64,000 nt of DNA, taken from IMG/VR virus record IMGVR_UViG_3300023174_003154, positions 1 to 64,000 of that record. One strand, 5' to 3'. Source of the DNA: a virus. Shown one piece after another: positions 10,570 to 19,260 of this stretch; the first letter of the stretch is position 1; each line of letters begins with the position of its first letter. A model generated the notes under the pieces. It was not told where the DNA came from. It was given only the letters and a program-made list of their open reading frames with translations, and made no database searches. The position numbers were made by a program, and so were the translations under genes.

Positions 10570-13233
10570 TTAAAATAACTTTACTGGGTTTGGTGGATTT
10601 TTTGTACCGTTCTTATAACTTGGATTGAACTGTCTGTATTGGTCACGTAACGTAGTATCTGATTTTGGCGCCGCTTTAGAATTTCCCTTAGTGGCATCGT
10701 CATCTGCTACTTTTGTCACCGGATTAGCTTTTGGTGGGTTGGCTGCTCTATACGCAGCCGCGTTTCTTCTAGACGCATTAGCAAGAGAATCAGTTTTTTG
10801 ACTAGAATTGTCTTTTTTTGTTACTGCTGGTTTATTTCTTATAGAATTTCTACCTTCATTACTATAATTTTCATCTGGTTTTCTTTGTGTTCGTTTATCA
10901 CTGGTAGCAAATTCAGGAAGACTTCCAGTTATAGTTTGTTCGAATCTACCTTTACTAAATGAACTATTCACTTCATTTATCATGTACACTATCCCTTTTA
11001 TGTTTAAATCACTAGGGTAGTTAGAAAAGAAAATATCATGATTTGGCTTAAGTAAACCTGTTCCACTTTCGTAATCTTCTACTTGATTAAAGTCAATTTC
11101 AATAAAAACTTGACCTTGACTAGGATCTATTGTAAAGTCGGGACCATAAAAATTTCTTGCCGCTTCTATGTCTCTCATTGAATAAGTTGGCATTAAATAA
11201 TCTGGATCACCTAAAATTTTCAATTGAAATTTTTGTATATCACCCGGTGAATATAACCATGACTTAATAGTAGCAGGGATATCATTTGAACCGGGAGCTG
11301 TACCAGTAGTGTCTGCATTGATGCCTGATTTAGCAGATGCAGTTACATCTTGTGATTTACTATTATCAACTTTACCATCACTTGTTTTTGCCATATCGTT
11401 TTGATATAAATGATTGAATGTAACTTCATAACTTAGTATTTCAGAATTTTGACCTGTATACCAATAGTTGTATCTTTTATGAGGACCATAATAACGCATT
11501 GTCTTACTTGCATACACCGATCTGATATAAGGTATCTCATATTTGTTAATTATGTATGTGATACGGTGAGCAAAGTTTTTTGTTATAGCATCTCTACCAT
11601 TTGGTCCTGACCCTGAAGTTAACACTTTTACAAAAGGGATAACATTAAACCAACTAATATTTTTTGGGTTAGGATTAGGAACATTAGTATCATCTTGTTC
11701 GTTGTCTATTGAATTTAATGCTTTTTTAATATAATCACTTTGTGATATAACTAAATCTATAACTTTAAGAATATGCATTCCGCTAGTGATAGAAAGCTGT
11801 CTGATTTTTTTCTGTATTGAACCTAATTGATTTCTAAACGCAGTACGTTCATTTACATTGTCAGTTGAGGTCACTGGAATAAAGGGAGTCTTTTCTTTAT
11901 TAATCAAATCTCCGGGAACCATTAATGAATTTTTTATTTCATCACTACTGATAATAATTTCATATTCATTCTCTACTTCAATTTGCGGATTTTTTGATGT
12001 TCGTTGAGCTTTTTCATCATTGTTTAATATATCAACTAACCCCTTAACTGATTTATTTGCCGCATTTCCTAATAATATTTCTTCAATTGTTGTACCGGCA
12101 ATCTCTTTGTTTCCATTAATAATAGCTTTTGCAACTCCCAATCCAACGTTCACCACTTGGTCTTGTGCAACTATATCATAGACCACTAATTTATTTTCTA
12201 ATTTAAAGTTCAAACTTTTGAATGCAATTGCAAATCCTCTTTCAAAAACAGACTGTGGATCAGAGTTGTTATTAGATGTACCGGGTATATCACGACCGTA
12301 TACAATTTGACCATTTGCATCATATCCATAAAACTTAATCAATAAGAAAAATATACCTTTAGTTTTAGTTATGTCAGGGATAGGTTCGTTTAACGCATTT
12401 GCTAATTTATGTGTAAAACTAAATCCATACGGTTCGTAGATTTTGAACTTATATTCTTTATTAGATGCCGTAGGTGCCCCTGCCATTTTTGAAGTTATTG
12501 GAGTTTTAATTTGTAAATCATCAATATACAAATCTAAATCAAATCCCTTTGCTCTAGTTTCACTGTCTAGATTGGATCCTCCACTTCTTACTATTAATTT
12601 AAAATCTTTAATTGCACCCTTATCCCCATCCATGTATCTATTATATGCATCAGGGTTCATCACATACAAACTGATATTGTAAGTATAGCTACTAAATTTT
12701 GAAAGTGGGTTGTAATCTCTTAATCCAAGTTTAGTGGTATTATTTGCAATTTCATTACTACCTGCTTTACCGGCAATTGTAGTGCCGGAATTAGGTGCTT
12801 CACTTGTTGTTGTAGTTTTGGTTGCAGGAGCCGGTTTACTGTCGCCTAGTTTGTCACTATCTGCAATCGTAGGTGATGCTTTTGTGGGTTCTGCGGCATT
12901 TGCAGGAGGAGGTGGAGTGTTTTTTGCAGCCTCTGTTTTTTCTTTTTCTTCGGCTGCTTTATTTGTTCCATTCCAATAATCATTGACAATTGCTTGTGCG
13001 GCGGATAACTCACTGTTAGCTGTATCTAAATTACCCTGAGCAGTTGCCAATGCTTTTTGTGCGTTTGCTAAAGTTTTTTCAGTATATTTTGGATTGGGAC
13101 TTGCTAAATCAGCCTGTATTGTTTGTATGTCTCTTTGAATTTCTAAAACTTTAATTTGGTACCCTGTTACTCTACCCTGCAAGAGATTTACATCAGCTTG
13201 TGCTTGTGTATATTGGTCGTATGAGACAGCCAT
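10570..13233 (-). CDS. Baseplate hub protein, gp27/late-control-D-like, with N-terminal coiled coil
   Basis: C-terminal LKILGDPDYL and GIVYMINEVNSSFSKGRFEQTI resemble gp27/Mu44/GPD motifs; lies between gp53-like and gp5-like genes. Confidence 0.55.
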   Translation of the reverse strand: MAVSYDQYTQAQADVNLLQGRVTGYQIKVLEIQRDIQTIQADLASPNPKYTEKTLANAQKALATAQGNLDTANSELSAAQAIVNDYWNGTNKAAEEKEKTEAAKNTPPPPANAAEPTKASPTIADSDKLGDSKPAPATKTTTTSEAPNSGTTIAGKAGSNEIANNTTKLGLRDYNPLSKFSSYTYNISLYVMNPDAYNRYMDGDKGAIKDFKLIVRSGGSNLDSETRAKGFDLDLYIDDLQIKTPITSKMAGAPTASNKEYKFKIYEPYGFSFTHKLANALNEPIPDITKTKGIFFLLIKFYGYDANGQIVYGRDIPGTSNNNSDPQSVFERGFAIAFKSLNFKLENKLVVYDIVAQDQVVNVGLGVAKAIINGNKEIAGTTIEEILLGNAANKSVKGLVDILNNDEKAQRTSKNPQIEVENEYEIIISSDEIKNSLMVPGDLINKEKTPFIPVTSTDNVNERTAFRNQLGSIQKKIRQLSITSGMHILKVIDLVISQSDYIKKALNSIDNEQDDTNVPNPNPKNISWFNVIPFVKVLTSGSGPNGRDAITKNFAHRITYIINKYEIPYIRSVYASKTMRYYGPHKRYNYWYTGQNSEILSYEVTFNHLYQNDMAKTSDGKVDNSKSQDVTASAKSGINADTTGTAPGSNDIPATIKSWLYSPGDIQKFQLKILGDPDYLMPTYSMRDIEAARNFYGPDFTIDPSQGQVFIEIDFNQVEDYESGTGLLKPNHDIFFSNYPSDLNIKGIVYMINEVNSSFSKGRFEQTITGSLPEFATSDKRTQRKPDENYSNEGRNSIRNKPAVTKKDNSSQKTDSLANASRRNAAAYRAANPPKANPVTKVADDDATKGNSKAAPKSDTTLRDQYRQFNPSYKNGTKNPPNPVKLF

Positions 13234-13234
13234 C

Positions 13235-13534
13235 TTATAAACCTAACGCAGTTTTTAATATAGCTAATTGAGGAATATAAATTCCAGTTCCAGCAACAAA
13301 ATCAAACACAGGATCTTTCAATCTATTGGGATTTCTTTGTGCAAAAACCCACCATAGTCTACTATCATCATATAAGTCATACGCTAACAAATCAGGACGC
13401 ATGTGATATGTTTGAGTTATTTCCCAATATGAGTCATCACCATTCATTGGAATTGTTCTGTTTATCATTACATCTAAAAACTCATTATTGTATGTGTTAG
13501 TTAGATAATACGGACTTGTTTGTGGGTAACTCAT
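13235..13534 (-). CDS. Baseplate wedge protein, gp53-like (LysM-like)
   Basis: RPDLLAYDLYDDSRLWWVFAQRN is the gp53 signature. Start moved to ATG 13534, which overlaps the upstream stop (TAATG). Confidence 0.8.
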   Translation of the reverse strand: MSYPQTSPYYLTNTYNNEFLDVMINRTIPMNGDDSYWEITQTYHMRPDLLAYDLYDDSRLWWVFAQRNPNRLKDPVFDFVAGTGIYIPQLAILKTALGL

Positions 13535-14826
13535 TACCAAATACCTCCACCTTGACGTTTTGACCCTTGCAACAACTCACCGGTTGCATATTTTTGTAGA
13601 CTAAAATTCTGACTAATGTCTCTACGTGTTATCATTGGGGCTAGTGTCAATGAAATTTGTAACTTAGAAGGCACATATGTTGCTTGTTTATTAGACAATG
13701 ACTTAAACGTTGGTGCTGGTTTTTGTCCTCCGGGTTGTAAACCATTACTTTTAACTCTGAAAATCTTATTGATAAATCCTGTTATAGGATTTGTTGGTGC
13801 TTTAGCAGAAGTACTTCCAGTCAATGTAGAAATTGATGAACCTGCCCATGTATCTGATACACCTGCTCTGATATAATCAACGTCATTAGGCAAAGTATAT
13901 GAGAAGCTGGTTAATACTAAAGGATGGTTGTCATATTGATATGCTCCAAACCCACTTAGGTATAACAACGGCGGGGGTGTTCCGGGTTTAGGTTCAACAT
14001 CTTGTCCATAAAACATTTTTGTAGCAGTTTTAAAGAAATGCAATACTGCTAGTAAATAATTTGCTTCCACTGTATCCTGAGCAGTAAATTCTGCTGTTAT
14101 ACTCACATCTTCTACACTGCTATTTTTATAAAAATGTAATTTATAGTTGCTATGAGTTACGTCAGTTGTTTCGTAGTTAGCCTTATATCCCATTTGAATA
14201 GTAGGCGAATATGGGAATATAACACCGTTTGTTGCAATCAATGGTTCTAAAATACCAGGGTCTTCAGCATTGTAGAAATATTTTGATCCAGGTGCTAATG
14301 TTAGTCTAACTCTCCAATCTTCAGCTTTGGTAAATTTAATTTCAGGTGGTAAATTTACCGTAGATGGTGGTGCCGTTACACCTGTATTACCTGCTCTCGC
14401 TAATCTAGCTGACTCAGCCGCACTTTCATTTTGGCTTGCTGGTGCAATTGCGCTAAGTATACCTTGATTAGTTGCAGAATTAAAGTTTGCGGCTGCAACA
14501 GCGGGGTCAACTGCTTCAGGTTGTTTCTGTGCTTTGGCAATAGATTCTGCTGGGGTTAATAACGGTGCTTCAGAAGCGGTAGTAGGTTCAACTATTGATT
14601 GTGCTGGCGCAGCCGCACCTGCACCTGCGTATGGATTTTTTGTTAGATTTGCACTTGTTGTTGTTTCTTCTAATACTGGTTGTGCTGGCGCAGCCGCACC
14701 TGCACCTGCGTATGGATTTTTTGTTAGATTTGTATTTGTAGTTGTCTGCTCTACTACTGGTTGTTCAGGTGCGGCTGCACCTGCTCCTGCGTATGGATTT
14801 GTTGCTGTTGGTGAACCTGTAGCCAT
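13534..14826 (-). CDS. Baseplate-tail tube cap/initiator, gp48/gp54-like, with N-terminal repeats
   Basis: IFPYSPTI...ITAEFTAQ...GTPPPLLYLSGFG...PLVLTSFSYTLP resembles tube-initiator proteins of contractile systems. Likely start is ATG 14826 (AAGG SD, late promoter upstream) rather than 14862. Confidence 0.6.
   Translation of the reverse strand: MATGSPTATNPYAGAGAAAPEQPVVEQTTTNTNLTKNPYAGAGAAAPAQPVLEETTTSANLTKNPYAGAGAAAPAQSIVEPTTASEAPLLTPAESIAKAQKQPEAVDPAVAAANFNSATNQGILSAIAPASQNESAAESARLARAGNTGVTAPPSTVNLPPEIKFTKAEDWRVRLTLAPGSKYFYNAEDPGILEPLIATNGVIFPYSPTIQMGYKANYETTDVTHSNYKLHFYKNSSVEDVSITAEFTAQDTVEANYLLAVLHFFKTATKMFYGQDVEPKPGTPPPLLYLSGFGAYQYDNHPLVLTSFSYTLPNDVDYIRAGVSDTWAGSSISTLTGSTSAKAPTNPITGFINKIFRVKSNGLQPGGQKPAPTFKSLSNKQATYVPSKLQISLTLAPMITRRDISQNFSLQKYATGELLQGSKRQGGGIW
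14580..14805 (-). repeat. Three 81-bp (27-aa) in-frame tandem repeats, NPYAGAGAAAP...
   Basis: gtgctggcgcagccgcacctgcacctgcgtatggatttt at 14601 and 14682; a diverged third copy near 14763. Confidence 0.9.
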
Positions 14827-14846
14827 ATATGTACCTTTACTAAATA

Positions 14847-14854
14847 TATTTATC
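14847..14854 (-). promoter_or_regulatory. Late promoter (GATAAATA) driving the baseplate operon
   Basis: 20 nt upstream of ATG 14826; abuts a plus-strand ACTAAATA at 14839-14846. Confidence 0.6.
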
Positions 14855-14897
14855 GCTATCAAAAAGTGGTATTTTTACCTTTTCCACTCTCAAATTG

Positions 14898-14926
14898 TTG
14901 CATTTCTGCAACTAATGTGTTACAAT
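14898..14926 (+). promoter_or_regulatory. Sigma70-type promoter for the gp55-like gene
   Basis: TTGCAT-17 nt-TACAAT with extended -10 TGn; GGAG SD precedes ATG 14952. Confidence 0.7.
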
Positions 14927-14951
14927 GAGTACATCATAACAACGGAGATTT

Positions 14952-15851
14952 ATGTCTATAGCTGTCAAAAAACCTGTAAATTATCTTAATAATAAGGATA
15001 TTTTAAAAGAGATTCATTCAAGTAAAAACTCATACTGTACATTCTTAACCCCCGAGGATCATAGATACGATTTCATCGTGGACATGCCCACAGAGTCTAT
15101 TGAAAAAAGTTTAGAGTATGCGTTAAAACCAGAGAATATTCAACTAGCCCGAGAAACTAGGGCAATACGAATTGACTTAGAACAAGAACTAGGGAAAGGA
15201 ACTACTGACCCAGCAAGTATCCCAGTCACTGATTTAGTATTTCGTGTAATGACTTGGGATCATGTTCCGGTTGCACCCAAGCAACCCAGAAAATCAGATA
15301 AAAAGAAATCAGCCAAAGATATCTTTGAGTTTGAGGACGAAACTGATGAGTTGTTTGCTGAACTAGAAGATATTGTTACCAAAGCAGAAATTGACGATAT
15401 GGTACATGTTAAAGTTAACTTCCCTCCCTTCCAGCACTTCCGTGTTGATAAGACAAATACTTTCAAATGTATCGGAAAAAGTCATTGGAAAGGTGATTTG
15501 GTAAACGGAGAGTTTGGTAAGGATCACGGTAACATCACAAACAAACTTGCACGTATGTACATTATGATGTGTGAAAAATACGCTATGAAGTTCAATTGGC
15601 GGGGATACACATACAATGATGAAATGCGTAACAGTGCCATTCTTCAACTTACATATGTTGGACTAAGATTCAATGAAGCCAAAAGTGCCAACCCATTCGC
15701 TTACTATACAGCCGCTATTACTAATAGCTTTTGCCGTGTACTGAACACAGAAAAGCGTAATCAAAACATACGGGATGACATTTTAGAAATCAATGGTCTT
15801 AATCCATCGTGGTCTAGACAAAGTTCTAGTTCCACAATGTACGAAGAATAA
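14952..15851 (+). CDS. Late-transcription sigma factor, T4 gp55-like
   Basis: NYLNNKDIL, KFNWRGYTYNDEM and RFNEAKSANPFAYYTAAITNSF mirror T4 gp55 motifs (NYVNNKEL, NFSGYT, NPHAYIT); upstream of gp47/gp46 as in T4 relatives. Confidence 0.85.
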   Translation: MSIAVKKPVNYLNNKDILKEIHSSKNSYCTFLTPEDHRYDFIVDMPTESIEKSLEYALKPENIQLARETRAIRIDLEQELGKGTTDPASIPVTDLVFRVMTWDHVPVAPKQPRKSDKKKSAKDIFEFEDETDELFAELEDIVTKAEIDDMVHVKVNFPPFQHFRVDKTNTFKCIGKSHWKGDLVNGEFGKDHGNITNKLARMYIMMCEKYAMKFNWRGYTYNDEMRNSAILQLTYVGLRFNEAKSANPFAYYTAAITNSFCRVLNTEKRNQNIRDDILEINGLNPSWSRQSSSSTMYEE

Positions 15852-15865
15852 TTTAACCGACGGTG

Positions 15866-15894
15866 TTGCTTTGCGACACCATCTCCTATATAAT
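15866..15894 (+). promoter_or_regulatory. Sigma70-type promoter for gp47/gp46, probably leaderless
   Basis: TTGCTT-17 nt-TATAAT; ATG 15901 is 7 nt after the -10 and has no SD; inverted repeat ggtgttgc/gcgacacc overlaps the -35. Confidence 0.65.
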
Positions 15895-15900
15895 CAATAG

Positions 15901-16914
15901 ATGACTAACCTTTTTAAGAAAGCCGCAACCTTTACTGACATTCACTTCGGTTTAAAGAGCAACAGCTTACAACACAATCAAGACTGTTCCAATTTTGTAG
16001 ATTGGTTCATTGCTGAGGCAAAGAAAGAAAACTGCGAGACTTGTTTCTTCTTGGGCGATTATAACCATCATCGTGCAAGCATTAACATTCATACATTGCA
16101 GTTTGGTTTGCAAGCATTAGAAAAACTCAATAAGGCATTTGACCAAGTATATTTTATACCAGGTAATCATGACCTTTATTACAGAGACAAGCGAGACATT
16201 CATAGTGTAGAGTGGGCTAGACATTTACCTAACGTCACTATTGTCAATGATTGGTTTGTTAGAGATGATGTTGTTATTGCACCCTGGCTTGTACAAGATG
16301 ATTATAAAAAGATTCAAAAACTAAGTGGCAAATATATGTTTGGTCATTTTGAACTACCAAACTTCTACATGAATGCTATGGTAGAGATGCCCGATCACGG
16401 TGAGATTAGTGCTGAACACATGACAGGTTTTGATACTGTATTCAGTGGTCACTTTCACAAACGACAAGCAAAGAAAAACGTTTGGTATACAGGCAATGCT
16501 TTCCCACATAACTACGCAGATGCAGGTGATGATGCACGTGGTATGATGATATTAGAATGGGGTAAAGACCCAGAGTTTCGTAGTTGGCCAAATCAACCCA
16601 TGTATAGAGTTTATAAACTCAGTGATATATTAGAAAATCCTAAAGGATTGCTATTACCTGACAGTCATGTTAGAGTACATCTTGACATTGATATCAGTTA
16701 TGAAGAAGCAAACTTCATCAGGGAGACACTTATTCCAGAACATAAACTACGTGAAATGGCATTGATACCTATGAAGGTTGAACAAGTAGAACAACAGGCT
16801 AACGGTGGCTTGAAGTTTGAAAGTGTAGACCAAATCGTTATTGACCAGATTAACAGTATTGAATCAAACACATTTGACAAACGAATTTTGTTAGAGATTT
16901 ACAACAACCTATGA
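15901..16914 (+). CDS. Recombination nuclease subunit, gp47 (Mre11/SbcD-like)
   Basis: Metallophosphoesterase motifs TDIHFG, LGD, PGNHD, GHF and SGHFH. Confidence 0.92.
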   Translation: MTNLFKKAATFTDIHFGLKSNSLQHNQDCSNFVDWFIAEAKKENCETCFFLGDYNHHRASINIHTLQFGLQALEKLNKAFDQVYFIPGNHDLYYRDKRDIHSVEWARHLPNVTIVNDWFVRDDVVIAPWLVQDDYKKIQKLSGKYMFGHFELPNFYMNAMVEMPDHGEISAEHMTGFDTVFSGHFHKRQAKKNVWYTGNAFPHNYADAGDDARGMMILEWGKDPEFRSWPNQPMYRVYKLSDILENPKGLLLPDSHVRVHLDIDISYEEANFIRETLIPEHKLREMALIPMKVEQVEQQANGGLKFESVDQIVIDQINSIESNTFDKRILLEIYNNL

Positions 16915-17132
16915 AGTCACCCAAAGAAGTTAAAGAATTAGAATCATTGATTAAAGTAAACAAACATCTGGGTATTGCTTTATCTGAGTTAACTCATACT
17001 CATTCCTATATAGGTAGCTTACGTGAACAAAAGAGTTTGATTAAAGTTAAACTAAAATTAGAAGGTATAATAGAACGGACATTGAAGGAAGAGAAATCAT
17101 CCAAAGACAGTTTTTTTAGAAAATTAAAATGA
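16911..17132 (+). CDS. Small hypothetical protein between gp47 and gp46
   Basis: 73-aa ORF with ATGA overlaps at both ends, suggesting translational coupling. Confidence 0.6.
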   Translation: MKSPKEVKELESLIKVNKHLGIALSELTHTHSYIGSLREQKSLIKVKLKLEGIIERTLKEEKSSKDSFFRKLK

Positions 17133-19201
17133 TATTATTAAAGAACATTACACTACGAAACTTTCTATCGATCGGACAAGTCACGCAAGCAGTTGACTTT
17201 AACCGACAAGACTTAACACTTATTCTAGGTGAGAACTTAGACTTAGGTGGTGACGGTGCTCGTAATGGTACAGGTAAGACTAGTCTTATTCAAGGTCTAA
17301 GCTATGCATTGTTTGGTGTGCCCATTAACTCAATTAGAAAAGATAATTTAGTTAATCGTACAAATGGAAAGGGCATGTTAGTCACACTTGAGTTTAGTGT
17401 AAATGGTATTGACTACAAGATTGAGCGTGGTCGTAAGCCAAACCTATTGAGATTTTATGTAAACAGTGATTTACAAAAAGGTACAGACGATGCACAGGGT
17501 GAGAACAAAGAAACACAGATAGCAATTGAAAAAGTTCTGTGTATGTCTAGTAGCATGTTCCGCCATATCGTAGCATTGAATACATATAGCGAACCGTTCT
17601 TAGCACTTAAAGCAAACGAACAACGTGAAATCATTGAACAGTTATTGGGTATCACATTACTATCTGAGAAAGCAGAGACAATTAAGGTACTGTTAAAAGA
17701 TACCAAAGATAGTATTCAAGGTGAAGAATTCAAAGTCAAAGCTATTGAAGAAGCCAATAAGCGAGTAAAAGAACAGATTGAAAGTTTGAAACGCAGACAA
17801 GGTCTTTGGCAAAAGAAACACGAAAGTGACTTAGCATACCTAGTTGCACAGTATGATGAACTAGGCAAGATTGACATTGAAGTTGAATTATTAGCGCACA
17901 AAGAATTAGTCATTTGGAATGAGAAGAAAAAGCAACAAGATGCATACAATTCATTATTGGCTAGACAAACTGCTTGGAAACAAAAGCAAGAAAAAGACAT
18001 ATACGATTTAGAGAAAAACGGTATCAAGATGAGCCAAATTGATATCGTACAAGAAATATTAGCACATCGTGCTTTGGCTGAATATAACAACAAGTTAAAA
18101 GAAATTGCAGACAGAGACAAAGAAGTTGCAAGAATCGATAAGGACATTGAAAAAGAAAACAAGTTAATTGAGAAATTAAATGTTGAAATTTTAAAACTGT
18201 TAGCACATCAATGCTATGCTTGCGGGCAAGACTTCCATGATGAACAACATTCTAAGGTGTTGGCTGACAAAGAAAAGATGTTGGAAGATGCACAGTTTCA
18301 TGTCACTACGTTGTTGAATCAACTTAAAGAATTGAGTGACAAGGACATTGTATTGGGTGATAAACCCAAGACACATTACAAGACAGAAGCAGAAGCGATT
18401 CGTCATGGTAGCGATGCAGAAAATATTCGCACAAAAATACTTGAAAAAGAAAAAGAAGTTGATCCATATGCTGAACAACTAGCAGAATATAAACCAGTTG
18501 AGATTGGTGTTATGCCAGTCACTCATTATGATACAGAAACGCAAGCGATTGAACATCGTAGTAAAGTATCTGGGTTATTACAACAGATTGAAACAAAAGC
18601 AGTTGAGTCTGATCCATATGCTGAACAAGTAGTTGAGATGGAGTCAAATGCGTTACAAGCAATTGACTTTGAAGCAATCAACAAACTAACAAAGACTATG
18701 GAACATCAAAAGTTTCTATTAGATATTCTAACTAGCAAAGATAGCTTTGTTCGTAAGAAAATCATTGACCAAAATTTGAGTTATTTGAATAGTCGGTTGA
18801 CGCATTACTTAGACAAGATTGGTTTACCGCATCAGGTTATCTTTCAGAATGATTTGAACGTTGAGATTACAGAGTTGGGTCGTGAACTTGATTTTGATAA
18901 CTTAAGTCGTGGTGAACGTAACAGATTGATTCTTGGCTTAAGTTTTGCTTTCCGTGATGTTTGGGAGAACTTATATGCACCAATCAATACACTATTCATT
19001 GACGAATTGATTGACAGCGGGCTAGATACAATGGGTGTTGAAAACGCTATTGCTATTCTCAAAGATATGTCACGTAAGAGACAGAAATCAATTTGGCTTG
19101 TAAGTCATAGAGAAGAATTAGCAGGGCGTGTTCCTAGTGTGCTAAAAGTAGTTAAGGAGGGAGGCTTTACTTCTTATTCAAGCGCATCTGATATGGTGTA
19201 A
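17129..19201 (+). CDS. Recombination ATPase subunit, gp46 (Rad50/SbcC-like)
   Basis: Walker A GARNGTGKT, central CYAC zinc hook within coiled coil, signature LSRGE, Walker B LFIDE, H-loop VSH. Confidence 0.93.
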   Translation: MILLKNITLRNFLSIGQVTQAVDFNRQDLTLILGENLDLGGDGARNGTGKTSLIQGLSYALFGVPINSIRKDNLVNRTNGKGMLVTLEFSVNGIDYKIERGRKPNLLRFYVNSDLQKGTDDAQGENKETQIAIEKVLCMSSSMFRHIVALNTYSEPFLALKANEQREIIEQLLGITLLSEKAETIKVLLKDTKDSIQGEEFKVKAIEEANKRVKEQIESLKRRQGLWQKKHESDLAYLVAQYDELGKIDIEVELLAHKELVIWNEKKKQQDAYNSLLARQTAWKQKQEKDIYDLEKNGIKMSQIDIVQEILAHRALAEYNNKLKEIADRDKEVARIDKDIEKENKLIEKLNVEILKLLAHQCYACGQDFHDEQHSKVLADKEKMLEDAQFHVTTLLNQLKELSDKDIVLGDKPKTHYKTEAEAIRHGSDAENIRTKILEKEKEVDPYAEQLAEYKPVEIGVMPVTHYDTETQAIEHRSKVSGLLQQIETKAVESDPYAEQVVEMESNALQAIDFEAINKLTKTMEHQKFLLDILTSKDSFVRKKIIDQNLSYLNSRLTHYLDKIGLPHQVIFQNDLNVEITELGRELDFDNLSRGERNRLILGLSFAFRDVWENLYAPINTLFIDELIDSGLDTMGVENAIAILKDMSRKRQKSIWLVSHREELAGRVPSVLKVVKEGGFTSYSSASDMV

Positions 19202-19205
19202 TTCG

Positions 19206-19249
19206 TATAAAACTTACATTAAAAGATAAATAAATATGTAAGTTTTATA
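19206..19249 (+). promoter_or_regulatory. Perfect 14-bp hairpin with a late promoter (GATAAATA, 19225-19232) in its loop, adjacent to the endonuclease SD
   Basis: tataaaacttacat (19206-19219) / atgtaagttttata (19236-19249); AAGGA follows immediately. Confidence 0.75.
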
Positions 19250-19260
19250 AAGGATTTAAC

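Noticed and set aside
17129-19201. Intein in gp46 explaining its extra length
   Set aside because: No C/S...HN splice motifs or LAGLIDADG blocks; the extra length is explained by coiled-coil duplications.
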